27,191 bases of DNA from a virus (taxonomy: Duplodnaviria; Caudoviricetes): IMG/VR virus record IMGVR_UViG_3300020215_000128, positions 1 to 27,191 of that record. One strand, given 5' to 3'. The notes under the pieces are model-generated. The model saw only the letters and a list, made by a program, of their open reading frames with translations. It was not told where the DNA came from and did not search any database. Shown here in pieces: positions 16,987-24,869 of this stretch (positions are counted from its first letter, which is position 1; the number at the start of each line of letters is the position of its first letter). Position numbers and translations under genes: made by a program.

Positions 16987-17048
16987 TCGTGCGCGGATGA
17001 AAGGTGTACCGACCCGCCGCGACCGCACGAGAAGCGACGGGCCGATAC
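16987..17048 (-). promoter_or_regulatory. Structured intergenic RNA, candidate H-type pseudoknot
   Basis: 15-bp stem 17034-17048/17006-17020 with three G-U pairs on the mRNA strand. Loop TCGTGCG is complementary to CGCACGA at 16987-16993. Confidence 0.6.
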
Positions 17049-17077
17049 TCGTTGACCAGCTAGGTGCCGGAAGTTTG

Positions 17078-17542
17078 TTAGGCGGCGAGCGATTCCACGA
17101 CGCCGACGCCAGCTGTGCCGGCGCTGGTGATCTCGAGCGTGACGGTGCCTGCGGTGATGGTGTCCACCCCGCCGACCCCGATCTTGAAGCTCATCACCTG
17201 AGCGGGGAAGAAATACTTGTCCCCGTTCTGAAGCGTGATCTGGAAGTAATAGTCGCTGTCGCTCAGGCTGGCGGTGCGAAGCAGGATCTGGCCTGCGTCA
17301 TCGGTGTCGAGGCCCAGGGCGAGAGTGATCGCACCCTCGTTGTAGGAACCCTTCCGCTTGACCGTGGAACGATTGGCCACCGGGTTATGAGTGACGAGCG
17401 CATATTCACGCCCAAACTCTCCGAGGTCGGTGACTTCGCCGATGTTGGTGAACGTCAACGCGGTATAGCCAGCCGAGTTGAAAGTGGCGGGCGCCGCCGA
17501 CGAGATGCCGATGGTCGTGCCCGCAGAGGTACGAACTGCCAT
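17078..17542 (-). CDS. Major tail (tube) protein
   Basis: FTNIGEVTDLGEFG..VKRKGSYNEG..DDAGQ..YFFPAQVMSF pattern, plus position. Confidence 0.88.
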   Translation of the reverse strand: MAVRTSAGTTIGISSAAPATFNSAGYTALTFTNIGEVTDLGEFGREYALVTHNPVANRSTVKRKGSYNEGAITLALGLDTDDAGQILLRTASLSDSDYYFQITLQNGDKYFFPAQVMSFKIGVGGVDTITAGTVTLEITSAGTAGVGVVESLAA

Positions 17543-17562
17543 TAGAACGGTCCTTTCTGCAC

Positions 17563-17586
17563 AAAAAAGCCCGCGGAATTGCGGGC
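17563..17586 (-). terminator. Intrinsic terminator upstream of the tail tube gene
   Basis: Minus strand GCCCGC-AATTCC-GCGGGC-TTTTTT. Confidence 0.7.
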
Positions 17587-17621
17587 GCGTCTTTGCCTTG
17601 CGGGCAAATCAGGGGATGGGA

Positions 17622-17807
17622 TTACTTGCTGTCGGACGCCTTCTTCGGTTCATCGCTGCCAAGGTCGTCCTTGGAGGCGGGGCGAATGAGGCCGGCTGCT
17701 TCGAAGTCAGCGAACTGATTGGCTGGAAGGCCCTTCACCACATCGCCCTTGGCGACAGTGTTGTCTCCATACGAAAAACGCCGCAGCGCAACGCCACTCT
17801 TGCTCAT
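17622..17807 (-). CDS. Small hypothetical virion-module protein
   Basis: AAGGAG RBS, 61 aa. Confidence 0.7.
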   Translation of the reverse strand: MSKSGVALRRFSYGDNTVAKGDVVKGLPANQFADFEAAGLIRPASKDDLGSDEPKKASDSK

Positions 17808-17830
17808 CTTATGCTCCTTGCTTGGGTTTC

Positions 17831-18295
17831 TCAGCCAAACTCGCCGACATACTTGCCGACGAAGACCTGCGGCCTCTTGCTGTGGGAGGCGTGGACAGTG
17901 ACGTTCCAGTCGTCGCCAGCCATCTCATCGACGATCTGTCTCGCGGCTTCCTTTTGACCGATCTCAGGCCAATCCTCTTGGGCGGCGATGGCTTCGTTGA
18001 TCTCGCGCTCCAGGGCCTTGCGCCGATCTTCTACATTCTCGGACGTGATCGGTTCAGCGCCCCTGGCATTGACGGGGGAAGCAATCTGGACTGCGACAAT
18101 CCTGCTATCCGGATAAAGCCGATCGTAAGCGCCCTGCAGGTCCGGGAGGAAATCCGTCGGATGCGCCCAAAACAGTGTCTCGTTGGCCGAAACTTCAACC
18201 CTGCATCCAGTTGCCTTGGCAAGTGAGAGCATCTCCGGAAGCATTTGCTCACGCAGATCCATGCCCGGGGAGCCATGGGCCTTGATTGTCAGCAT
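17831..18295 (-). CDS. Hypothetical protein, 154 aa
   Basis: GGAG RBS. Fills the gap in the operon. No recognisable family. Confidence 0.65.
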   Translation of the reverse strand: MLTIKAHGSPGMDLREQMLPEMLSLAKATGCRVEVSANETLFWAHPTDFLPDLQGAYDRLYPDSRIVAVQIASPVNARGAEPITSENVEDRRKALEREINEAIAAQEDWPEIGQKEAARQIVDEMAGDDWNVTVHASHSKRPQVFVGKYVGEFG

Positions 18296-18308
18296 AACTG
18301 CTCCGGAT

Positions 18309-18713
18309 TCAGACGAGTTCGTTGTAGGAGACGAGCAAATCCTGGCTTCGTGTCCGGATGCCCGGAGGCTCGATCGTCACGTCGGGGCCTTGCCCGTCAG
18401 TGGTGATGGAAACCTCAGTCACTTCGTCTAGGTCTCCGATGAAATCGGCTGCAGCACGACGAACGAGACCGACCAGAAGGAGACGCTCGGAAGCGTCTCT
18501 GGCGAGCACCGCCACTTCAACACGATCAGTAACCCGACGCTTGTCGCCACGCTTGAGAACCTTGCGATCGACGGAACTGATCTGCGCTATTGAGATAGCC
18601 GGCAGATCCATATCGAGGGGCAAATCCTCCGCGACAATCCTGCTTGCTGGGACAACGGCGGTGAGCGGCGCATAAGCAACGAGAAGTTGCTGCACCACCG
18701 CTATCCCGCTCAT
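18309..18713 (-). CDS. Tail completion/terminator protein (DUF3168/gp17-like)
   Basis: LTAVVPASRI..LP..LPAISIAQIS pattern, plus synteny. Confidence 0.8.
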   Translation of the reverse strand: MSGIAVVQQLLVAYAPLTAVVPASRIVAEDLPLDMDLPAISIAQISSVDRKVLKRGDKRRVTDRVEVAVLARDASERLLLVGLVRRAAADFIGDLDEVTEVSITTDGQGPDVTIEPPGIRTRSQDLLVSYNELV

Positions 18714-19273
18714 TCTTCGTCAGGCTCCACAGCCACAGCTGGGGCTTGAAGTTGCCCCCAGCTGAGGCGAGCCCGGATATACTCTCCCATCGCGTTAACA
18801 GCCTCTGCGGCCTTCGCATCGAGAGCAGGACGCATGAACGGGAAGGCCCCGTGGCCGGGGTGTTGGACGTATGGGCCGACGAATTTCCCATTGATGACGA
18901 GACTACCGCGCTCCACCATCTTGTTCATTGTGCCAATGCCGACCTTGCGCTCCCCGCGACGCGTCATTGTGGTTGGCCGATCTTCATCAGATACTGAGAT
19001 AAGGTGCGGCTTAACCCCGTACTCGAGAAAGACCCCGACGAAGCTATGTGGCCCCTTCATCTTGACCTTCGCGATGACGAGATCGCCATCTATGCGCGAA
19101 CTAACCTTCAGGCTTTTTGCTGCCCTGCCAGAGCGGCGCCTGATCCTACTTTTCGCATCATTGCGGACGACTACTGCACCAGCCCTGCCGCCGCCACGAA
19201 CGGCATTCCGTCCGATCTTGGGCGGTATTTGATCCAGGAGAGCCAGAAGCTCAGGGCCGCCTTTCAGCTTCAC
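18710..19273 (-). CDS. HK97 gp10-like neck protein
   Basis: LKGGPELLALL, FLEYGVKPH, HPG..PFMRPALD motifs. Confidence 0.88.
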   Translation of the reverse strand: MKLKGGPELLALLDQIPPKIGRNAVRGGGRAGAVVVRNDAKSRIRRRSGRAAKSLKVSSRIDGDLVIAKVKMKGPHSFVGVFLEYGVKPHLISVSDEDRPTTMTRRGERKVGIGTMNKMVERGSLVINGKFVGPYVQHPGHGAFPFMRPALDAKAAEAVNAMGEYIRARLSWGQLQAPAVAVEPDEE

Positions 19274-19617
19274 GCTGTCGCCTCCCCGCTCGTGTACTCT
19301 TCGGCCATCAGCTCCATGTCGATGCGGTCTAGATCGGCAGGGCCTGCAACGATGTGCAGAACTCGCGTCCCGAAGATAATCCGCATGTCTGGAGTTATGT
19401 CACTTCGGCGCCGCAAACGGATGCGCGCCGGGCGTCGGGCGATGTTGATCGTCTGGTCGACGCGCTCCGAGCGGCTGGGGAGGATGTCCTGAACCTCAGC
19501 TGGGATGTTCTCGGCGTAATTCGCCCATCCGCCTTTCACCGCGGTACCAAGACGAGGATCTTTCGTAACCCCAGGCTTTTGGAACGTGATCCGATGTCGG
19601 AACCTGCCGGCCTTCAT
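19270..19617 (-). CDS. Head closure protein (SPP1 gp16-like)
   Basis: MKAGRFRHRITFQ..IRLRRRSDITPDMRI motif. Confidence 0.9.
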   Translation of the reverse strand: MKAGRFRHRITFQKPGVTKDPRLGTAVKGGWANYAENIPAEVQDILPSRSERVDQTINIARRPARIRLRRRSDITPDMRIIFGTRVLHIVAGPADLDRIDMELMAEEYTSGEATA

Positions 19618-20114
19618 ACGGAATACCGCATGTGCTTCTGAACCAGCGATCGGGCGGCCTCTTCCGACCTGTCGTAAGCCCCTTCCCTCTCAGCAAACAT
19701 TCCGCCGATGAGGACCAGCATCGCTTCAATCAGTCGCCGCGGTGTCTCATCGTCCGCCAACCCCGCCTCATAGGTGATCTCAAAGCCGTCCGTCGCTGAA
19801 GGCCAGTAGGAACCGGACAGCGCCTTCACACGACCGCCAATGACATGGTGGTCCGCGAACGTCTGCTCCACCCCATCGCTGTCGAGGTACTTAACCGATG
19901 TGATTGAAACGATCGGCCGCTTGTAGAGGTAAATATGGCCCGCGTGGCACGGCTTGTGCTGCTCAGTGAAGGAACGGCGGACCAGGATCAGCCCGGTCTC
20001 GTCCTCAACCCACTCCCGAGCGGCTGTAATCTTCTGGGCAATCAGGTCGTCGCGGTCAGTCTCGAAAAACTCGATCTGTTGTTTGACGAGCTCGACGCTC
20101 ACGGGCTCGGCCAT
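19614..20114 (-). CDS. Head-tail connector (HK97 gp6-like)
   Basis: EPVSVELVKQQI..DDLI..ITAAREWVE..AMLVLIGGMFAERE motif. Confidence 0.9.
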   Translation of the reverse strand: MAEPVSVELVKQQIEFFETDRDDLIAQKITAAREWVEDETGLILVRRSFTEQHKPCHAGHIYLYKRPIVSITSVKYLDSDGVEQTFADHHVIGGRVKALSGSYWPSATDGFEITYEAGLADDETPRRLIEAMLVLIGGMFAEREGAYDRSEEAARSLVQKHMRYSV

Positions 20115-20119
20115 GTCAG

Positions 20120-20380
20120 TCAGTCGTACACAGCCGCGACCGTGGCAGTCGCTGCGGTTAGGCGCCGAACCCGGTACGGAGGCACGAACCCTGGATAGAC
20201 GCCAGTAAAGGTAAGCGTGTCACCGTCAGCGTTGCCAGTCGGAACGATGGTCAAGTTGCCAGAGGTGAGGCAAACAATCGCCTTTGGGCCGCCAGCGATG
20301 TTGCTATCGCTCGGAACGATAACAGCGCCGCGGTTCCCCAGCCCGTTTTCAGTGGCTGGATAGATCGGATAACTGGCCAT
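20120..20380 (-). CDS. Head-spike base protein (RcGTA Rcc01079-like)
   Basis: 86 aa. IVPSD..KAIVCLTSGNLTI..DTLTFTGV.PG..PYRVRRL..TATVAAVY resembles that family. GAAGGG RBS before ATG 20380. Confidence 0.7.
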   Translation of the reverse strand: MASYPIYPATENGLGNRGAVIVPSDSNIAGGPKAIVCLTSGNLTIVPTGNADGDTLTFTGVYPGFVPPYRVRRLTAATATVAAVYD

Positions 20381-20396
20381 CTGATACCCTTCTGTT

Positions 20397-21215
20397 TCAA
20401 CCGCCGCGGATAACGGTAGCAAGGTCGTAGAGGTCGACTGAGAGCTCAGACCCGTCCTCTTTGGTGAACTTGAGCTTGAGTTCTTCCGTGTCGATGTGGC
20501 CTTCGAGGATGCCGAGGCCGGGACCTCCTTCAAGGCCTTGGAGACCACGCTCGCCCCTTTCCCCCCGTTCTCCGCGCTTGCCCTTGCTGGCCGAAAGCAT
20601 CCATCCTTCGCCCGGAAGAGGTCCTGGGTTGTCGACCTTGGCGCGCCATTCGGAACCGTTGAAACTCACAACGTCGAGCGCGCGATAGTCAGCCTCGGGA
20701 TCGAATAGGCCTTTCGCCTCACCGGGATAGGCATCCTTGCCGTCAAGGCCCCGTTCGCCCGGCTCGCCCCGTTCTCCCGGAGGACCCTGTTCGCCGCGCT
20801 CGCCCTGAGCACCAGGTTCTCCCTGTTCTCCGCGGGCTCCTGACAGCCCCTGTTCGCCTTGCTCGCCCTTTTCGCCAGCCGGGCCTGGTTCCCCACGCTC
20901 CCCTTGGGGTCCTGGCTCCCCGTCCTTCCCATCCAAGCCGCGCTCGCCTGGAATGCCTTGTTCTCCGCGCTCACCCGGAGGGCCTTGTTCCCCCTGCGGG
21001 CCAGGCTCTCCATCCTTTCCGTCTCTGCCGTCTTTTACGGACGCCAGGCGCTCCTCGATGCGGCGCATGAGAGATCCCATGGCTTCCCGCTGTTCCGCCA
21101 TGAAAGCGCGATGCTCGGCCTGCCTTAGTTGCTCGGACCTTTCTGCCTCTCGGTGTACGGTGGCGATCGCCTTAGCGACGGCGTCCGTAGCCGCGTCAGT
21201 GAAGGCTTTGAGCAT
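20397..21215 (-). CDS. Collagen-like protein
   Basis: Coiled-coil N-terminus, 33 Gly-X-Y triplets, a small aromatic beta module, then 8 more triplets. Start overlaps the portal end. Confidence 0.85.
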   Translation of the reverse strand: MLKAFTDAATDAVAKAIATVHREAERSEQLRQAEHRAFMAEQREAMGSLMRRIEERLASVKDGRDGKDGEPGPQGEQGPPGERGEQGIPGERGLDGKDGEPGPQGERGEPGPAGEKGEQGEQGLSGARGEQGEPGAQGERGEQGPPGERGEPGERGLDGKDAYPGEAKGLFDPEADYRALDVVSFNGSEWRAKVDNPGPLPGEGWMLSASKGKRGERGERGERGLQGLEGGPGLGILEGHIDTEELKLKFTKEDGSELSVDLYDLATVIRGG

Positions 21216-22587
21216 GTTTCGCGACGCCTGCGTCGATGGCTCTACTGAAGTCGACGAAAGCTCGCTCTGCATCTTCTTCCCCTTCTGGCGCAGCCGCTGA
21301 AGCGGGCGGGGCCACCGGCTCAGGAGGCTTCTCATTGAAACTCAACGGGACGAGCTGCATCTGAACGCGCGGTTCGCTGCCAGCACTTCCCCGAGTTGGC
21401 AGGCCCTCCTCTGCCGCAGCATCGTTCGGAGACAGGATTCCCCCCACCACGCCGGCCGCAAGGCCCTCCATGCGTTCCTTGAAGTTGCTACGCAGAAGGA
21501 TGGAGGTGTCGAGCTCGGTATATTCGGACTTGTAGGCAGACGCCTCGTCCGCAGTCGGAGAAAGCCCGAAAAGCTGGTCGAACGCGAGTTCGATATGATT
21601 AAGGCAAAAACCAAGGCCGGAAGCAATCCAGGACTGCATCAGGCTCTCAGTGGTCGAATAGGTGTTGTTGCCGATGCCCAGAACCTGAAGCGGCACCCGG
21701 TAGGCTAGGGCCACGTTCTGCTCAGTCATCTTCATGATCTCGGCGAACTGCGTATCCTTCGCCGTTGCCGTCATGGGGTTCCATTTGAGGCCGTGGGTCA
21801 GGATCGGTGTCCCGCCAGCATTCAAGCCTCGAGACTGCTCGTTCCAGCGTGCCCTCAGCGCTGCAACCTGCTCTTCCGACAAATGGCCATCGGTGTTGAG
21901 AGTGCCAGATGGCCGCGCTTGTCGGTCAAAGAACGAAATGGCCTGTCGTGCCATCGCATTGGAAGCTGCAAGATCCAGCATGGCAGCGGTCAGCGGAGTT
22001 TCGCCCTGCAACGGATGCCGCGGCGTCTCTAGCCTGACATGCAGCACTTCTCGGGCAGGCACACCGTTGAGAGCGTTAGCGCCAATCTGGCGTTCGATAA
22101 CTTCGTTGCCACTGAGAGAATAGAAAACGTCGCCAGTGACAGCGACCATCGCCTCGCCCTGGTTCATCAGGTGGAGCTCAGCGATCTCGAAGCGGTTGTT
22201 CCGGATCGCCAGCGCGTAAGCATTCCCTGTGCGGTAAAGCTTGCTCACCAGGTTCAGAGTGAAGTCGCTGGGTGTTTGATAGGCGTTCGGCTTGTGGAGA
22301 ACGCGGGATAGGGCCGAGTTCGTCACCCTTTCACGCCCACCGTCAGCCTTCACACGCCAATGAGATCCAGGACACATAGCCGTTGTTTGAGCGTATGCGG
22401 AGACGCAAGCTTGCACGATGGCTGAGCTTCCGCCTCCGTCTACGTCGTACCCCTGCTGCCAGAAGTTCCAGGCGCTTCCGGAAGGAAGCCAACCTCCGCT
22501 CGCAGGAAGGTAATAAGGCCCTTCCCGGTACTCGCCTTCATGGGACTTGATCCCCACAGCTGAGAGTACGCGGGACAGGAACCCCAT
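21196..22587 (-). CDS. Portal protein, HK97 family
   Basis: VQACVS, PNAYQT, GNAYA, EVLHVR, G.TPL, RPSG.L, VALAYRVP motifs. Confidence 0.95.
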   Translation of the reverse strand: MGFLSRVLSAVGIKSHEGEYREGPYYLPASGGWLPSGSAWNFWQQGYDVDGGGSSAIVQACVSAYAQTTAMCPGSHWRVKADGGRERVTNSALSRVLHKPNAYQTPSDFTLNLVSKLYRTGNAYALAIRNNRFEIAELHLMNQGEAMVAVTGDVFYSLSGNEVIERQIGANALNGVPAREVLHVRLETPRHPLQGETPLTAAMLDLAASNAMARQAISFFDRQARPSGTLNTDGHLSEEQVAALRARWNEQSRGLNAGGTPILTHGLKWNPMTATAKDTQFAEIMKMTEQNVALAYRVPLQVLGIGNNTYSTTESLMQSWIASGLGFCLNHIELAFDQLFGLSPTADEASAYKSEYTELDTSILLRSNFKERMEGLAAGVVGGILSPNDAAAEEGLPTRGSAGSEPRVQMQLVPLSFNEKPPEPVAPPASAAAPEGEEDAERAFVDFSRAIDAGVAKHAQSLH

Positions 22588-22596
22588 CGGTCGCGC

Positions 22597-22845
22597 TTAC
22601 GACTTCTTCGCGGTCGAAGCGCGGGTCTGGTAGGATGACGAGCCAGATGCAGAGGAGGATTTCTCTTCCTCGCCGCCGTCATCATCCTTGTTGTCCAGCT
22701 CGGACAGGCTGTCGACGCCAAGCTTCGCACGGTCATTCTCTTCCTGGCTCGGGGTAGGCCGGGCGTTCTCGGTGCGCGCAAGCTGCTCGGCGGTTTCAGC
22801 CGCGACGCGCTTTTGGCTGTCGGCCAGGGGATCGTTCTTCGCCAT
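22597..22845 (-). CDS. Small charged protein between capsid and portal
   Basis: GAAGGAG RBS before ATG 22845. Core RPTPSQEENDRAKLG. Confidence 0.7.
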   Translation of the reverse strand: MAKNDPLADSQKRVAAETAEQLARTENARPTPSQEENDRAKLGVDSLSELDNKDDDGGEEEKSSSASGSSSYQTRASTAKKS

Positions 22846-22871
22846 GACTGGCACTCCTTCTGATTGAGATG

Positions 22872-22899
22872 AAAAGAAGGGCGGCCAGAAGACCGCCCC
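22872..22899 (-). terminator. Intrinsic terminator after the capsid gene
   Basis: Minus strand GGGCGGTC-TTCT-GGCCGCCC-TTCTTTT. Confidence 0.7.
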
Positions 22900-22908
22900 T
22901 CCCCTGAT

Positions 22909-24852
22909 TTACCAGGTGACTGCGGTGCGCTCGACCACAACGCCCGTGCGGCGCATGGCCCAGTTCATCGGCAGGACCATCCGAAGCGCCAGACTGTCGG
23001 TCTGGAACATCGAACGTACCGGAGCGGCCACCGTGTTCGGTGCTCCGGTCGATCCGATCTGCAGCGGCGTGGTGTCCTCCATGTGGAGAGTCGCCTGGTC
23101 GCTGATGTCGAACCGCGGATCGTCGCCCGTCGCCGAGAAGAAGTCGGCGGCGTCGAGAAGGATCACGACGCCCGCAGGCACCGTGGTCGACTGGATGAGA
23201 CCGTATCCCCGGAAGCGCCCCTGATTGACCTCGGCCGCGAACGGAAATTCCCCGCCAGCGTTCTGGGTCAGGGTCAGGGCAAGCGCCTGCGCCGGATTCA
23301 TCAGCCACACCGGATTGCGGATGTTGCCGCTGGTGGATGTGATGAGAGAGCCGAGCATGCCTTTGAGATCCGCCACCACGGCAGCGATGCCGCCGCCTGA
23401 CGTGCCCGCCGCAGTGGTCACACCATTGCGGAGGCCGGCAGGACGGATGGTCGTTGCTGCGCCGTTGTCCAGAAGAACGCTGTCGATCGAAACCGCAGTG
23501 TCTTCCTGGATCGCATTGCGAAGCAGCTGCTCGATCGCGGGCGTTGAGCGCTCGGTGATCTCGCGGGTCATCGTCGTGATGACTGCCATCTTCTTCGGCG
23601 TCAGCGTGACGCTGGAGAAGCCAGCCCGGCGAACCGGAATGGCCGCACCCTCGCCGACGAAGCTGCCGGCCACGGTCGGCGTGGCATCGCGGGTCGGGAG
23701 GCTGATGGTGCCGTTCCGACCAAAGCCGAACCGACCGCCGACTGCCGCCAGGCTCGGATAGACCGACTGAGGAAGAAGGAGGTCGAAGAAGTCGCCGATT
23801 GCCGTCTGAACCAGCGCGCCGGCCCAAGCCGGGGTTGCAGTGTCAGCCGGAGCCACAGCGGCCTTGGTGATGCTGCCGGCAACCGCGCGGGTCACGACAT
23901 CCTCGCCGTAGCATTCGCGCATGACCTCTTCTTGAGGACGTCGCTCGACGTGCGACTTCACCATGACGGTGAGCGAGCGGAACACATAGTCCAGCGGCTC
24001 GACCTTCTTGGCAGGAACGGCGAATGGCTTGCGCGGATCGACGCCCTTCTCGATGGTGTCTGCCGCAGCGATCGTGACAGCATTGGCAAGGCGCTTCTCG
24101 GCGTCCTGCAGTGCCTTCAGGGTCGACTGAGCGGTTTCGATGCGCTCGTTCAGCTCTTCGGTCACGGTGTTGAAATTGTCATCCGGCTCCTCGCTGATGT
24201 TGGCGAGGTGCTTGGAGAGTTCGTCCTGGAGAGCGACCACGCGGGTTTGCGTGTCCTCAATTTTCTTGCTGATCTGATTGGACATCGGTCCATCCTTCTG
24301 AGGAGAGAGTGGCTTGGCGGCAGGCTTGCCAGTCGCTCGACGAACCACTTCCTCGTCTCCCCCGGCGGTCTCGCCAAAGACTAGGTTCATGGTTGCGTCT
24401 GAGATGTTCAGCGACTTCGCGATGCGAAGCGCGTTCGGGTTGCACGGGATGTTCACGACGGAACATTCCACGAGCTCTTGCTTCTTGTAGCGCCAGCCGG
24501 CGCCGGGGATTGGTTCACGCTCCAGCGGCCGAAAGCCGACTGAAACCGCGTTCAGGATCTTCTGGCGAACCAGGGCGATAATCTCGTCGATGCGCTGTGA
24601 GGTGCCCTTGGCAGCCAGCGCCAGACGGCCGACAAGCCGACGCCCCTCGATCCGGACATCCTTCCAAGTGCCGATCGGCAGCTTCTCGGAATCGTGCGAA
24701 AAGAGTGCGACCGGGTTCCGAAGGAAAGATTCCAGCACCCAGCCAGACGGCTCGATAACATCTCCCATGCGGTCTTGCGTCGCATCGGACATGACAAATA
24801 CGAGGTCATCGCTGACAGGCGACGCCGCCAACTTCATCACGAAGTCTTGCAT
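22909..24852 (-). CDS. Fused prohead protease + major capsid protein (HK97 fold), 647 aa
   Basis: Protease motifs DRMGDVI, NPVALFSHD, AVSVGF, ELVECSVV.IPCNPNA. Coiled-coil delta-like region. Capsid motifs FVGEG..IPV, LTPKKMAVI, WLMNP. GAAAGGG RBS before ATG 24852. Confidence 0.93.
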   Translation of the reverse strand: MQDFVMKLAASPVSDDLVFVMSDATQDRMGDVIEPSGWVLESFLRNPVALFSHDSEKLPIGTWKDVRIEGRRLVGRLALAAKGTSQRIDEIIALVRQKILNAVSVGFRPLEREPIPGAGWRYKKQELVECSVVNIPCNPNALRIAKSLNISDATMNLVFGETAGGDEEVVRRATGKPAAKPLSPQKDGPMSNQISKKIEDTQTRVVALQDELSKHLANISEEPDDNFNTVTEELNERIETAQSTLKALQDAEKRLANAVTIAAADTIEKGVDPRKPFAVPAKKVEPLDYVFRSLTVMVKSHVERRPQEEVMRECYGEDVVTRAVAGSITKAAVAPADTATPAWAGALVQTAIGDFFDLLLPQSVYPSLAAVGGRFGFGRNGTISLPTRDATPTVAGSFVGEGAAIPVRRAGFSSVTLTPKKMAVITTMTREITERSTPAIEQLLRNAIQEDTAVSIDSVLLDNGAATTIRPAGLRNGVTTAAGTSGGGIAAVVADLKGMLGSLITSTSGNIRNPVWLMNPAQALALTLTQNAGGEFPFAAEVNQGRFRGYGLIQSTTVPAGVVILLDAADFFSATGDDPRFDISDQATLHMEDTTPLQIGSTGAPNTVAAPVRSMFQTDSLALRMVLPMNWAMRRTGVVVERTAVTW

Positions 24853-24869
24853 TTTGGGTCCCTTTCGGG

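Noticed and set aside
20381-20548. Ser-rich N-terminal extension of the 142-aa ORF (and similar extensions at 21216-21335 and 4456-4638)
   Set aside because: They overlap upstream genes in another frame. Better downstream starts exist.
20520-21035. Periodic DNA repeats as a possible CRISPR or VNTR
   Set aside because: Explained by Gly-X-Y codons, with no repeat-spacer structure.
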